64,000 nucleotides of DNA from contig OZ243938.1 in NCBI GenBank assembly GCA_965214095.1, forward strand, positions 4,576,001 to 4,640,000. The letters run 5' to 3'. This document shows, piece by piece, positions 50,699-59,398 of this stretch. Each line of letters opens with the position of its first letter. Position 1 is the stretch's first letter. The position numbers and the translations under genes are program-made. This DNA is from Candidatus Poribacteria bacterium (GTDB lineage: Bacteria > Poribacteria > WGA-4E > WGA-3G). Below the pieces are notes generated by a model. The model did no database searches, was not told the origin of the DNA, and saw only the letters and a list, made by a program, of their open reading frames with translations.

Positions 50699-52912
50699 TT
50701 GGAGCATAGAATGAGAATCATGCGATTGTATAAGAAATCGTTATACTTGCTTTTCTCATACCAGAACAGAGTATTTTCTCATATTCTCGTTTTGGTTACG
50801 ATATCTTACATGCTCTTAGCCATTTCACAGCAAATAGCAGCTGCACAAGCTGTCCATATTCCGGATCCTAGCCTCCGTGAAGCAATTGCGTTAGCATTGG
50901 GTAAAGAAGTAGGAGACAAAATTGCTCAGACAGATATGGCAAGAATACATTCGCTTGATGCCAGTAGATGCCTAGTTGAGGGATCAGACCCAAAGCCGAT
51001 TTCATCAATGCAACGGATCTGTAGGAAACCCGATGTTTTTGCGACTACTACTGGAATTCGAGATCTTACCGGCTTGGAGTTTGCAGTCAATTTAAAGGAG
51101 CTACATCTGGATCGTAATCAGATATCTGATGTGTCTCCACTAAAAAACTTGAAAAATCTGACATACCTAAGTCTTGGATATAACTGGTTGTCTGATGTGT
51201 CTCCACTTGAAGAATTAACGAAACTTACGCACCTTGGCCTTGGGTTCAACTATAGGATATCCGATGTGTCAACACTCAGACATTTGACAAATTTGATGTT
51301 CCTCGATCTAGAAAGTAATATGGTATCTGATGTGTCTCCCCTGAAAAATATGACAAAGTTGATAAAATTGGATGTTGATTGCAATCAGATATCAGACATT
51401 TTACCACTGAGAGAAATGACAAAGCTGAAATCGTTGGATATTTCTGACAATCTCATATTAGATGTGTCTTCACTCAAAAATATGAATTCTATGATAGCCT
51501 TAGATCTTGACAATAACCAGATATCTGATGTGTCACCTCTCAAAGATATGAAGAATCTATTGCGATTGGATTGCCATATCAATCGGATATCAGATGTATC
51601 TCCTCTTAGAAGTCTGACTAATCTAGAGGTTCTAGCACTTCACAAGAACCAGATATCTGATGTGTCTCCACTTGCTGATATGAAAAACCTAGAAATGCTT
51701 GATCTTGATGGGAATCGGATATCTGATGTGTACGCACTCTATAATTTAATCAATTTAAGAGAGTTGGATCTTGATGAAAACAGAATTTCGGATGTGGCCC
51801 CACTCAAAGGTTTAACAAGTTTAGAAGTCCTTGATTTACATGACAATGAAATATCTGATGTGTCTCCGTTAAGAGATTTGATTAGTCTAACATTCTTAGA
51901 TCTTGACGACAATAAAATTTCAGATGTATCACCACTCAGTAGGATGGTAAGTTTAACTGAGTTGGATCTTGATGGAAATAAGATATCCGATTTGACACCA
52001 CTCAGTAGGATGGTAAGTTTAACTGACTTAGATCTTGATGGAAATATGATTTCGAATCTGTCTCCGATTCAAAACTTGGTAAACATTAGAATATTAGACC
52101 TTCACGACAATGACATTTCAGATGTATCACCACTCAGTGGATTGATAAACCTTGTAGAGTTGGATCTTAGTAGTAATCAAATCTATGATTTCTCTCCACT
52201 TGAGAGTTTGGTATCAAATTTAGACATGTATGATATTAGTAATCAAAGAACACCAATCTACAAACCAGAGGATGTAAATAGAGATAGTGTCGTAAATATC
52301 AAAGATCTTGTTGTAATAGCAACTTATTTCGGTTCAACAGAGCTAGACGTTCTTGAACAGATGGACATATACCCAGATGTTAACATAGATAATAAAGTAG
52401 ATATAATTGATATGCTTCTTGTCGCTGCTGCAATGTCTACAGCTGCTGCACCATCACTCAGTAAGAATAGTGTTGAATCGACTGGATTCATACACAAAAA
52501 CCTTGCAGCGTGGATAGCACAGGGAAAGCAACTTAATGTTGAGGACCCAATCATACTAAATGGAATTGTTAAATTGGAGATACTCCTGGCGTTTCTTAAT
52601 TCCTATGTTGAAAATCCTACATCTACAAAACTACTGCAAAACTATCCAAACCCCTTCAATCCGGAGACTTGGATTCCCTTTCAACTCTCAGAACCGACAA
52701 ATGTATCCGTATTCATATATTCTACAAATGGAATACTTGTAAGACAAATTGTATTAGGACACTTAGCTACAGGAACCTATAAGGATCAAACCAAAGCAGT
52801 CTATTGGGATGGAAGAAATGATCTTGGTGAATCTGTAGCAAGTGGTATATATTATATTACATTCACAGCAGGTGAATTTATTACCACGAGAAAGATTCTT
52901 CTTCTGAAATAA
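50699..52912 (+). CDS. Secreted LRR protein with dockerin-like and FlgD-Ig/T9SS-A-like C-terminal domain
   Basis: IPDPSLR cap, N.ISDVSPL repeats, DVNRD/DVNID, NYPNPFNPETW. Confidence 0.88.
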   Translation: MEHRMRIMRLYKKSLYLLFSYQNRVFSHILVLVTISYMLLAISQQIAAAQAVHIPDPSLREAIALALGKEVGDKIAQTDMARIHSLDASRCLVEGSDPKPISSMQRICRKPDVFATTTGIRDLTGLEFAVNLKELHLDRNQISDVSPLKNLKNLTYLSLGYNWLSDVSPLEELTKLTHLGLGFNYRISDVSTLRHLTNLMFLDLESNMVSDVSPLKNMTKLIKLDVDCNQISDILPLREMTKLKSLDISDNLILDVSSLKNMNSMIALDLDNNQISDVSPLKDMKNLLRLDCHINRISDVSPLRSLTNLEVLALHKNQISDVSPLADMKNLEMLDLDGNRISDVYALYNLINLRELDLDENRISDVAPLKGLTSLEVLDLHDNEISDVSPLRDLISLTFLDLDDNKISDVSPLSRMVSLTELDLDGNKISDLTPLSRMVSLTDLDLDGNMISNLSPIQNLVNIRILDLHDNDISDVSPLSGLINLVELDLSSNQIYDFSPLESLVSNLDMYDISNQRTPIYKPEDVNRDSVVNIKDLVVIATYFGSTELDVLEQMDIYPDVNIDNKVDIIDMLLVAAAMSTAAAPSLSKNSVESTGFIHKNLAAWIAQGKQLNVEDPIILNGIVKLEILLAFLNSYVENPTSTKLLQNYPNPFNPETWIPFQLSEPTNVSVFIYSTNGILVRQIVLGHLATGTYKDQTKAVYWDGRNDLGESVASGIYYITFTAGEFITTRKILLLK

Positions 52913-53204
52913 ATCTCTATAGTTACAATTCTTATCTTTCAATATTATTATATTGAATATACCTTATAATGAATTAAAACCTACAATTTTTCAACTAATC
53001 AATAATACATTATCAGGTTGAAATGATTACTTACTTCGTTGATATCAACTAAAATGTACGAATTATAAATCTCTCAAGAAAGTTAGTCATCATCAAATAG
53101 AGCGTATTTTGGAAACCTTATGAAGGACACCACGCTAAATTCAATAGGATAGAAGACTATCAGAAAGATACAAAGAGTTTACCTGGCTGTAAAAAGGAAT
53201 AGAA

Positions 53205-54200
53205 ATGCAAATCTTAGTACTTGACATTGGTTGTTCATTTACAAAAGGATATCTGTTCAATACTTCAATTGAGATCGTAGAAGAATATAAGATTCCAACA
53301 GATATGTCAACACCCGATTCTTTTGAGGAAGGAGTTAGAGAGGTCATATCACATTTTGATAACTACACCTATCAAGCGATCTTTCCGCTCAGTTTTGGAG
53401 AAGGTGTAATCTATAACAATACTGCTTATCAACCAACTCACAATAAATCCTTTCAGACTGAAGATCATTATTGTCAAGTAGGAACAGCGACCGATGTTGA
53501 GCGAGATATTGGTTCAGCGTTTCAAACATTATTGACATTTAAGACTTATACAGAAGGTCCAGCGTTGCCTGTATCAACATATATTGCTTCTCGCCTTGTT
53601 AACAAAGAGATTTATACTTGGGAATTGACACACGCAGGCAATAGTGGTATGCTTAACATTTCTCAACGTCAATGGGCAGTAGAAATACTAAAAAAATACC
53701 GATGTGAACCGTTACCCTTCTCTACAGAATTTATGAGTTCTGCTACTATTGTTGGAAAAACAGAAAAAGGGGTTTATGTCTTTGGTGGTGGACACGATCA
53801 TAGTTGTATTTCTGTGTTTAACCCCAAACCAATTATTATTGCGGGAACGTGGGTTGTGATAAGTCATCCAGAAATTGCCTTTCTTCCAAGACCAGATGAA
53901 AAAGCCAAGGGAATACGTTGGACTATTACTGCAAACGGGAGTTTTCATAAGCAACTTGTAAAAAGGGTTTCAAATCCAATTTCACTTCAAGATATGAAAT
54001 ATATCATCTCGATCCTTGAGTTGATGCAAGTTTGCTATCAATCTGAGGTGTTAGTAATTGGTGGATATGGTGAAAAACTTGCTCCGGAACTGAATGAACT
54101 GGAGACTCCATTCAACTTCGTGGCTCCACCTGATGCAGAGGTCTATCAACATAAACAAACAGCAAAGTATGCATTTAGAGCATTGGAACTGCAAACGTGA
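53205..54200 (+). CDS. Compact FGGY-like carbohydrate kinase
   Basis: LDIGCSFTK phosphate-1 motif, THAGNSGMLN..W, GGHDHSC, AGTW, IGG. Confidence 0.65.
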   Translation: MQILVLDIGCSFTKGYLFNTSIEIVEEYKIPTDMSTPDSFEEGVREVISHFDNYTYQAIFPLSFGEGVIYNNTAYQPTHNKSFQTEDHYCQVGTATDVERDIGSAFQTLLTFKTYTEGPALPVSTYIASRLVNKEIYTWELTHAGNSGMLNISQRQWAVEILKKYRCEPLPFSTEFMSSATIVGKTEKGVYVFGGGHDHSCISVFNPKPIIIAGTWVVISHPEIAFLPRPDEKAKGIRWTITANGSFHKQLVKRVSNPISLQDMKYIISILELMQVCYQSEVLVIGGYGEKLAPELNELETPFNFVAPPDAEVYQHKQTAKYAFRALELQT

Positions 54201-54598
54201 AAACAGTGTTAGTTACGGGTTGTTTTGACCTTTTTCATTATGGACATTTGAAATTCTTTGAAGCAGCGGCAGCTTGTGGAGATCGTCTTGTGGTAGGTGT
54301 TGCCGAGGATGATACAGTTCGTCGCGTAAAAGGTGAAAATAGACCTATCTATCCGCTTGAACACCGTATTGCTCTGATAGAAGCATGTCGGCATGTGGAT
54401 GCAGTGGAAGTGTTTTCTTTAGAATCCCAATTGGATTTAGTTGCAGAAGTTGCCCCTGATGTATGTGTTGAAGGTGCTGATGGGAATGCCAGATTAAGAG
54501 AAATACTTCAAGAATTAGGGATAGATACACCTGTTCAGACTGTATATACTGACTATATTCATACTACTGATATTGTTGAGAAGATTCGAAAGAGATGA
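54197..54598 (+). CDS. Cytidylyl/adenylyltransferase (TagD/RfaE-II-like)
   Basis: GCFDLFHYGH, LVVGV, KGENRPI, HTTDIVEKI; GTGA overlap with the kinase stop. Confidence 0.88.
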   Translation: MKTVLVTGCFDLFHYGHLKFFEAAAACGDRLVVGVAEDDTVRRVKGENRPIYPLEHRIALIEACRHVDAVEVFSLESQLDLVAEVAPDVCVEGADGNARLREILQELGIDTPVQTVYTDYIHTTDIVEKIRKR

Positions 54599-54623
54599 GT
54601 TGTTCTGAAAGAGCGAGTAAAAC

Positions 54624-55967
54624 TTGATCAAAAATGCTTTGAAATTACTGGTAAAGCTGAGACCTACTCCATCCCATTGGGTAATGTTCATTACCGCAAT
54701 AGGAATGGGATTGAGTCTCTTATTTCATGTATTTATTCCCAGATATCTCGGCATAAATGAAACAGCAGATGCCTTAATTGCTTCTCTGAAAGTTGTTCTG
54801 ATAGTTGATACGATAATACGAGAAGGGGCAAAATTTAGTCTTGTCCCCCTATTTATCAACGAAGCTAATGTAAAGAGCAGAACAGACTTTCAAGCTTTCT
54901 CATACGGAATCTTGAATTTTTCGCTTTGCGTCAGTTTGGTCTTCATGCTGTTGATTGAAGTATTTGCAACGCAAATTGCAGGATTTACATTAGCAAGTAG
55001 TTCTGCTGATGCCCATGCTACCATGGCAACGCTATTACGTATAAGTGCACCTATTATCATCTTTGGAACAGGAAGTACAGTTCTCGGTGCATTATTAAAC
55101 AGCCAGAGTCGGTTTAAATCTGTTGCTATTCGGAATGCCCTTCCTCCCGCCATCGCAACCGCATGTTTCATATTCCTTCCTGGAGAGATACACCTTGTTC
55201 AATATATTGCAATAGCATATACATCTGGTTTTGTAGTATACTATTGTTGGTTGTGTACAAGAATATATCAAATTGGATACGGATATCGTTTTTCTTGGAT
55301 AACTTATGGAGAGTTGCGTACTTTGAAAGATACTATTTCATACCCAACACTCGGTTTTGCAATCCGTCAAATCACTGCACGTATATTGGTTGAAATTATT
55401 TTGGTTGGAAAAATTGCGAGTGGAGCAATAACGCTATACAATAGTGCATTCAAGATATTCTCTGCGATTCAGACATTAATTGGGATTAGCATCGCTACGA
55501 CTGGTTTGCCTGAAATGACAGCAAATAGTATTGAAGAAAACAAACAGAAACTGAAACAAACACTGTTAAGAAACATTCGTGCTGTCATCCTTATTGCTAT
55601 ACCTGTAACATTCCTACTGCTTTTGAGTGCTTCATATATCACACAACTCCTATTTGGTGGTGGAAAGTTTGATCAACAATCACTTCAAACTATCGGGAGA
55701 GTCCTTATTTGGCTTAGTGTCGGCACAGTATTTTCATGTCTTATTCCTGTGCTAAATGCGGGACTATATGCACAGAAAGCATTCAAGTTGATATTTAGAA
55801 ATATGCTGACGATGGCAGTTATTAACTTCGTCGCTGCATACATGCTTGTAACCGTATGGGAACTAAATGGAATCGCAATAACAGTGTCTGTTACAGCATT
55901 CCTCGCCGTTGGTAATCTGATATTTCTGCTAAGAAAAACTGGTGTGTCTTTGTATTCAAAATCTTGA
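54624..55967 (+). CDS. MurJ/MviN-like (MOP) flippase
   Basis: About 12 TM; LGINETADA, REGA..LVPLF, IGISIATTGLP, LFGGGKFD. Confidence 0.8.
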   Translation: MIKNALKLLVKLRPTPSHWVMFITAIGMGLSLLFHVFIPRYLGINETADALIASLKVVLIVDTIIREGAKFSLVPLFINEANVKSRTDFQAFSYGILNFSLCVSLVFMLLIEVFATQIAGFTLASSSADAHATMATLLRISAPIIIFGTGSTVLGALLNSQSRFKSVAIRNALPPAIATACFIFLPGEIHLVQYIAIAYTSGFVVYYCWLCTRIYQIGYGYRFSWITYGELRTLKDTISYPTLGFAIRQITARILVEIILVGKIASGAITLYNSAFKIFSAIQTLIGISIATTGLPEMTANSIEENKQKLKQTLLRNIRAVILIAIPVTFLLLLSASYITQLLFGGGKFDQQSLQTIGRVLIWLSVGTVFSCLIPVLNAGLYAQKAFKLIFRNMLTMAVINFVAAYMLVTVWELNGIAITVSVTAFLAVGNLIFLLRKTGVSLYSKS

Positions 55968-55980
55968 GTAATTCAGATAG

Positions 55981-56081
55981 ATAGTAGATTTTGAAATTAC
56001 TTGAACACTCTGTCTCGGCGAGGTTAGGAAACCTCGCCTACCATGGGACGAAAGTGTCAACTTATATTTATAATTCAGATA
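55981..56081. mobile_element. Second copy of REP-carrying MITE-like element
   Basis: 55981-56077 matches 13831-13927 with 4 mismatches by eye. Confidence 0.8.
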
Positions 56082-56120
56082 TAATAAGGTATATGCATTT
56101 TATTAAGCATTGTCTAAAAG

Positions 56121-57110
56121 ATGGAATCTTCAAATAAACTGGTCAGTGAGTATCAATATCTGATTATTGGTGGGACAACAAAAGCAGCCACGACATCTCT
56201 GTATTCATATCTTGGAGATCACCCATCTATCTGTGCTGCTTCATATAAGGAAACACGATTCTTTCTCAGTTCTGACTATCCATTGCCTTCAAAATATCGA
56301 TATAATGGTGATGTTGAGGAATACAATTTACTATTTTCAGAATGTCCGGATAATCAAATCAGGCTTGAATCAACACCAGACTATCTGTATTGTTCATCAG
56401 CACTTAATAATATTGGTGAATTATTACCATATGCTAAACTGGTTTTTAGTCTGCGAGAACCGATTTCCAGGATAATATCGTGGTATCGTTTCGCAGTACA
56501 GATTGGAAGGTTACCAAATAGTCTGAGTATAGATGAATATGTAGAACAACTTTTTGAGATTGCTGAGGGAATGCAGAACGATAATACTACTCAAGAAGTT
56601 GATGCGAATTCCAAAGAAGATATAGAGCATGCACAGTTTATGCAGGTGCTACCGCAAGGACGATATGCTGTATATCTAAGAGATTATATTGATCATATTG
56701 GGAAAGATCGTATACAGACAATATTTTATGAAGATCTGTCAAAAAATCTATCAAATGTTATGAAGGACTTATGTCATTTTGCTGAGTTAGATTCGACGTT
56801 TTTTGATGATTACACATTTCAGGTTACTAATCGGACTGAAACCATGCGAAACCCAGATTTTCACCAGAAATATAGGTCATTCAGATTTCAAGTGCGCCGA
56901 TGGACTCATAACAAACCGCTTATTCATAAGACTCTACGTGCAATGAGGAGAGGGTTTGAGCCGATTTATATGCGATTAAACACTCGATCTGCTGAGAGAG
57001 TCACCCTATCAGAGAATATACAGAAACGATTAGTGGATTATTACAAACAAGATGTAGATGAGTTATCAAAACTCTTAGGTAAACAACCACCATGGGAACC
57101 TTTTACTTAG
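56121..57110 (+). CDS. PAPS-dependent sulfotransferase (heparan-sulfate-ST-like motif set)
   Basis: 5'PSB GTTKAATTSL, KETRFF, ESTPDY, 3'PB LREPISRIIS. Confidence 0.88.
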   Translation: MESSNKLVSEYQYLIIGGTTKAATTSLYSYLGDHPSICAASYKETRFFLSSDYPLPSKYRYNGDVEEYNLLFSECPDNQIRLESTPDYLYCSSALNNIGELLPYAKLVFSLREPISRIISWYRFAVQIGRLPNSLSIDEYVEQLFEIAEGMQNDNTTQEVDANSKEDIEHAQFMQVLPQGRYAVYLRDYIDHIGKDRIQTIFYEDLSKNLSNVMKDLCHFAELDSTFFDDYTFQVTNRTETMRNPDFHQKYRSFRFQVRRWTHNKPLIHKTLRAMRRGFEPIYMRLNTRSAERVTLSENIQKRLVDYYKQDVDELSKLLGKQPPWEPFT

Positions 57111-57124
57111 GGTGATTTAATCAG

Positions 57125-58030
57125 ATGGACAAAACTGACAAGAACAAGATACATTTGATGATTGTAGGTGCACAGAAAGCTGGCACATCATCCCTACTAC
57201 GTTACTTAGGTCAGCATCCTGATATTTTTGCACATCCTCAACCTGAAATGACCTACTTTCTGCAAGACCACGAGTATGACAAAGGGTACGATTCGGCTTA
57301 TGCAAAGTATTATTCAAAATGTCCAGATAACCAAAGCATCATAGCTAAGAATGTAATGGTAATGTGTTCTACTGAAAAAATGCAAAGGATATTTGAACAC
57401 AATCCAGAAATGAACCTTGTTGTCCTATTACGAGAACCGGTTTCACGTGCATATTCAGCATATTGGTGGGCGCGTCGTAGAGGATGGGAGAATATAAAAA
57501 CATTTGAAGATGCACTTGATGCTGAAGAAAAACGACATAACGAGGACTGGTTTAAATGGCGACAGTGTCTATACAAATTTAACAGCACTTATTATCCTCA
57601 TATCAACGATCTCATCTCTATGTTTGGAGAAGAACAGGTACACTGTTATTTGACAGATACGTTAACTACTGGTGCTAATTCCATCTGTCAACAAATATTC
57701 TCAATAATGGGAGTTAACTCAGAATTTGAACCAACAGTTGGGAAAAAGTTCAACCAAGCAGCGATGCCTCGGTCAGATAGATTTGGGTATTTGTTTACAC
57801 AGTTCCTTGCTTCTCGAAATCCTTTGAGACGTGCGATACGTAAACTTGTTCCAGATTCAGCGGCGTATAAACTTAGAAAAACAGTCTTAGACTTAAACGA
57901 AAAACCATTTACTCCACCTAAGATAAATCCGAATACATCTATGGAATTAAGTAAGTATTTCAATCCATACAATAAGAAATTATCAGAGTTACTAAAACAA
58001 GACCTTACACATTGGCAAAATCTCAATTGA
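57125..58030 (+). CDS. PAPS-dependent sulfotransferase
   Basis: GAQKAGTSSL..LGQHPDI, LREPVSRAYSAY, YFNPYNKKL. Confidence 0.9.
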   Translation: MDKTDKNKIHLMIVGAQKAGTSSLLRYLGQHPDIFAHPQPEMTYFLQDHEYDKGYDSAYAKYYSKCPDNQSIIAKNVMVMCSTEKMQRIFEHNPEMNLVVLLREPVSRAYSAYWWARRRGWENIKTFEDALDAEEKRHNEDWFKWRQCLYKFNSTYYPHINDLISMFGEEQVHCYLTDTLTTGANSICQQIFSIMGVNSEFEPTVGKKFNQAAMPRSDRFGYLFTQFLASRNPLRRAIRKLVPDSAAYKLRKTVLDLNEKPFTPPKINPNTSMELSKYFNPYNKKLSELLKQDLTHWQNLN

Positions 58031-58048
58031 TTTTACTCATCTAAAAAA

Positions 58049-59398
58049 ATGTCTATCATCTATTTTCTCACTGGTTACTTTGCATTTGAAGAATTTGTGC
58101 TGAAGTTCCTACCTGTGAGTGATTCTGTTTATTCATATCTACGATTTTTAGGAGAAATCCTAATCTATGCCGCGTTTGGTAGACTTGTTCTGCACAAACT
58201 TTATCGAGGCATACCTTTTGTCAAGACTCCTATTGATTTACCTGTAATAGGTTTCTATATAGTTGTTTTTCTTTCAATGGTAATCAACCGATCACCCCTT
58301 ATCGGAAGTCTTTATAACATTCGTCCGCTTGCGCGTTATATCGTCTTGTTCTATCTTGTGGTAAATTCACCGATTTCAAAGCAACGTATTGATACACTCT
58401 TAAGAATCATTTTATGTATTGGTGTTGCTCAGATTTGTGTTGGCGTGGTTCAATGGCTGGGCGGTCCTACACTGTATGATCTCTTCTTACCGCGTGCATC
58501 AACACTTGAAGTGGCAGGATTTACAAAAGAATATAGATTGCTTGAACTTGGAAGAGAGATAGGTAGCATTTATGGCACATTGGGTGATACGGTAATATAT
58601 GGCGTTTTCATGATTGTTATACTTGCTATATTTTTATCGCGTATAAAGCGACTTGAATATATGAATCTCCTCGGTATCGGTATTCTGCTATTGTTTATTG
58701 CGCGTTCTTATTCTCGTGCAGCAACCTTTTCCGCCATGCTCGCATGTGTTATCTGGTATTTCTTTCAATATGGGTGGAAAAAGACACTACGTTTATCACT
58801 AATTGTATTATTGGTATTTAGTGTTATATTGGCTATTGTAAATCCGTTTGACTTGGAATATGTCAATCCAAGGAAGGCAAAGGTTGGACTTACAGGCAAT
58901 ATTACCGGTGTCTTTTCTGGTTCCTATGTTAAAGTTGCACAGAAACAACGTCTCGGAGCACTTATCGGGAATGTTCCGACTGTAATTGCTAACAAGCCAT
59001 TACTGGGATACGGTGCCGATCAAAACACCACGATAGATAGGCTTAATCAAAGTAAACGATCTTTCCTATTAAAAATACTCAGCAAGAAGGGATTTAAGGA
59101 TGTATATTGGGTTGCAATTTTGTGTTTCTATGGATTGTTAGGATTAGGATTATTCATGTTGATATTTTACAAGCTATTCACCGCTTCTTTAAGTCTATAT
59201 AAGAATACGGTTAGCAAATATACAAAGGAAATGGCATTAGTAATGCTTTGTCTTGTGGTCGTTACAGTTTTCCTTTTATTTTTTAATAGAACTCTTGAAT
59301 TTAGAGGTTACGGCTTTTACTTTTGGATGTGTGCTGCATTAATGTTTGTAAGTGATACAGCAATGCAGACATATAAACCACTAAGGATTACGTTATGA
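58049..59398 (+). CDS. Wzy/O-antigen ligase-like membrane polymerase
   Basis: About 11-12 TM; GTLG, SYSRAA, large loop then PLLGYG, GLLGLGLF. Confidence 0.78.
   Translation: MSIIYFLTGYFAFEEFVLKFLPVSDSVYSYLRFLGEILIYAAFGRLVLHKLYRGIPFVKTPIDLPVIGFYIVVFLSMVINRSPLIGSLYNIRPLARYIVLFYLVVNSPISKQRIDTLLRIILCIGVAQICVGVVQWLGGPTLYDLFLPRASTLEVAGFTKEYRLLELGREIGSIYGTLGDTVIYGVFMIVILAIFLSRIKRLEYMNLLGIGILLLFIARSYSRAATFSAMLACVIWYFFQYGWKKTLRLSLIVLLVFSVILAIVNPFDLEYVNPRKAKVGLTGNITGVFSGSYVKVAQKQRLGALIGNVPTVIANKPLLGYGADQNTTIDRLNQSKRSFLLKILSKKGFKDVYWVAILCFYGLLGLGLFMLIFYKLFTASLSLYKNTVSKYTKEMALVMLCLVVVTVFLLFFNRTLEFRGYGFYFWMCAALMFVSDTAMQTYKPLRITL

Noticed and set aside
44600-52200. 66-bp periodic repeats as CRISPR array or DGR template/variable repeats
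   Set aside because: They are in-frame 22-aa LRR units with no unique spacers, cas genes or reverse transcriptase
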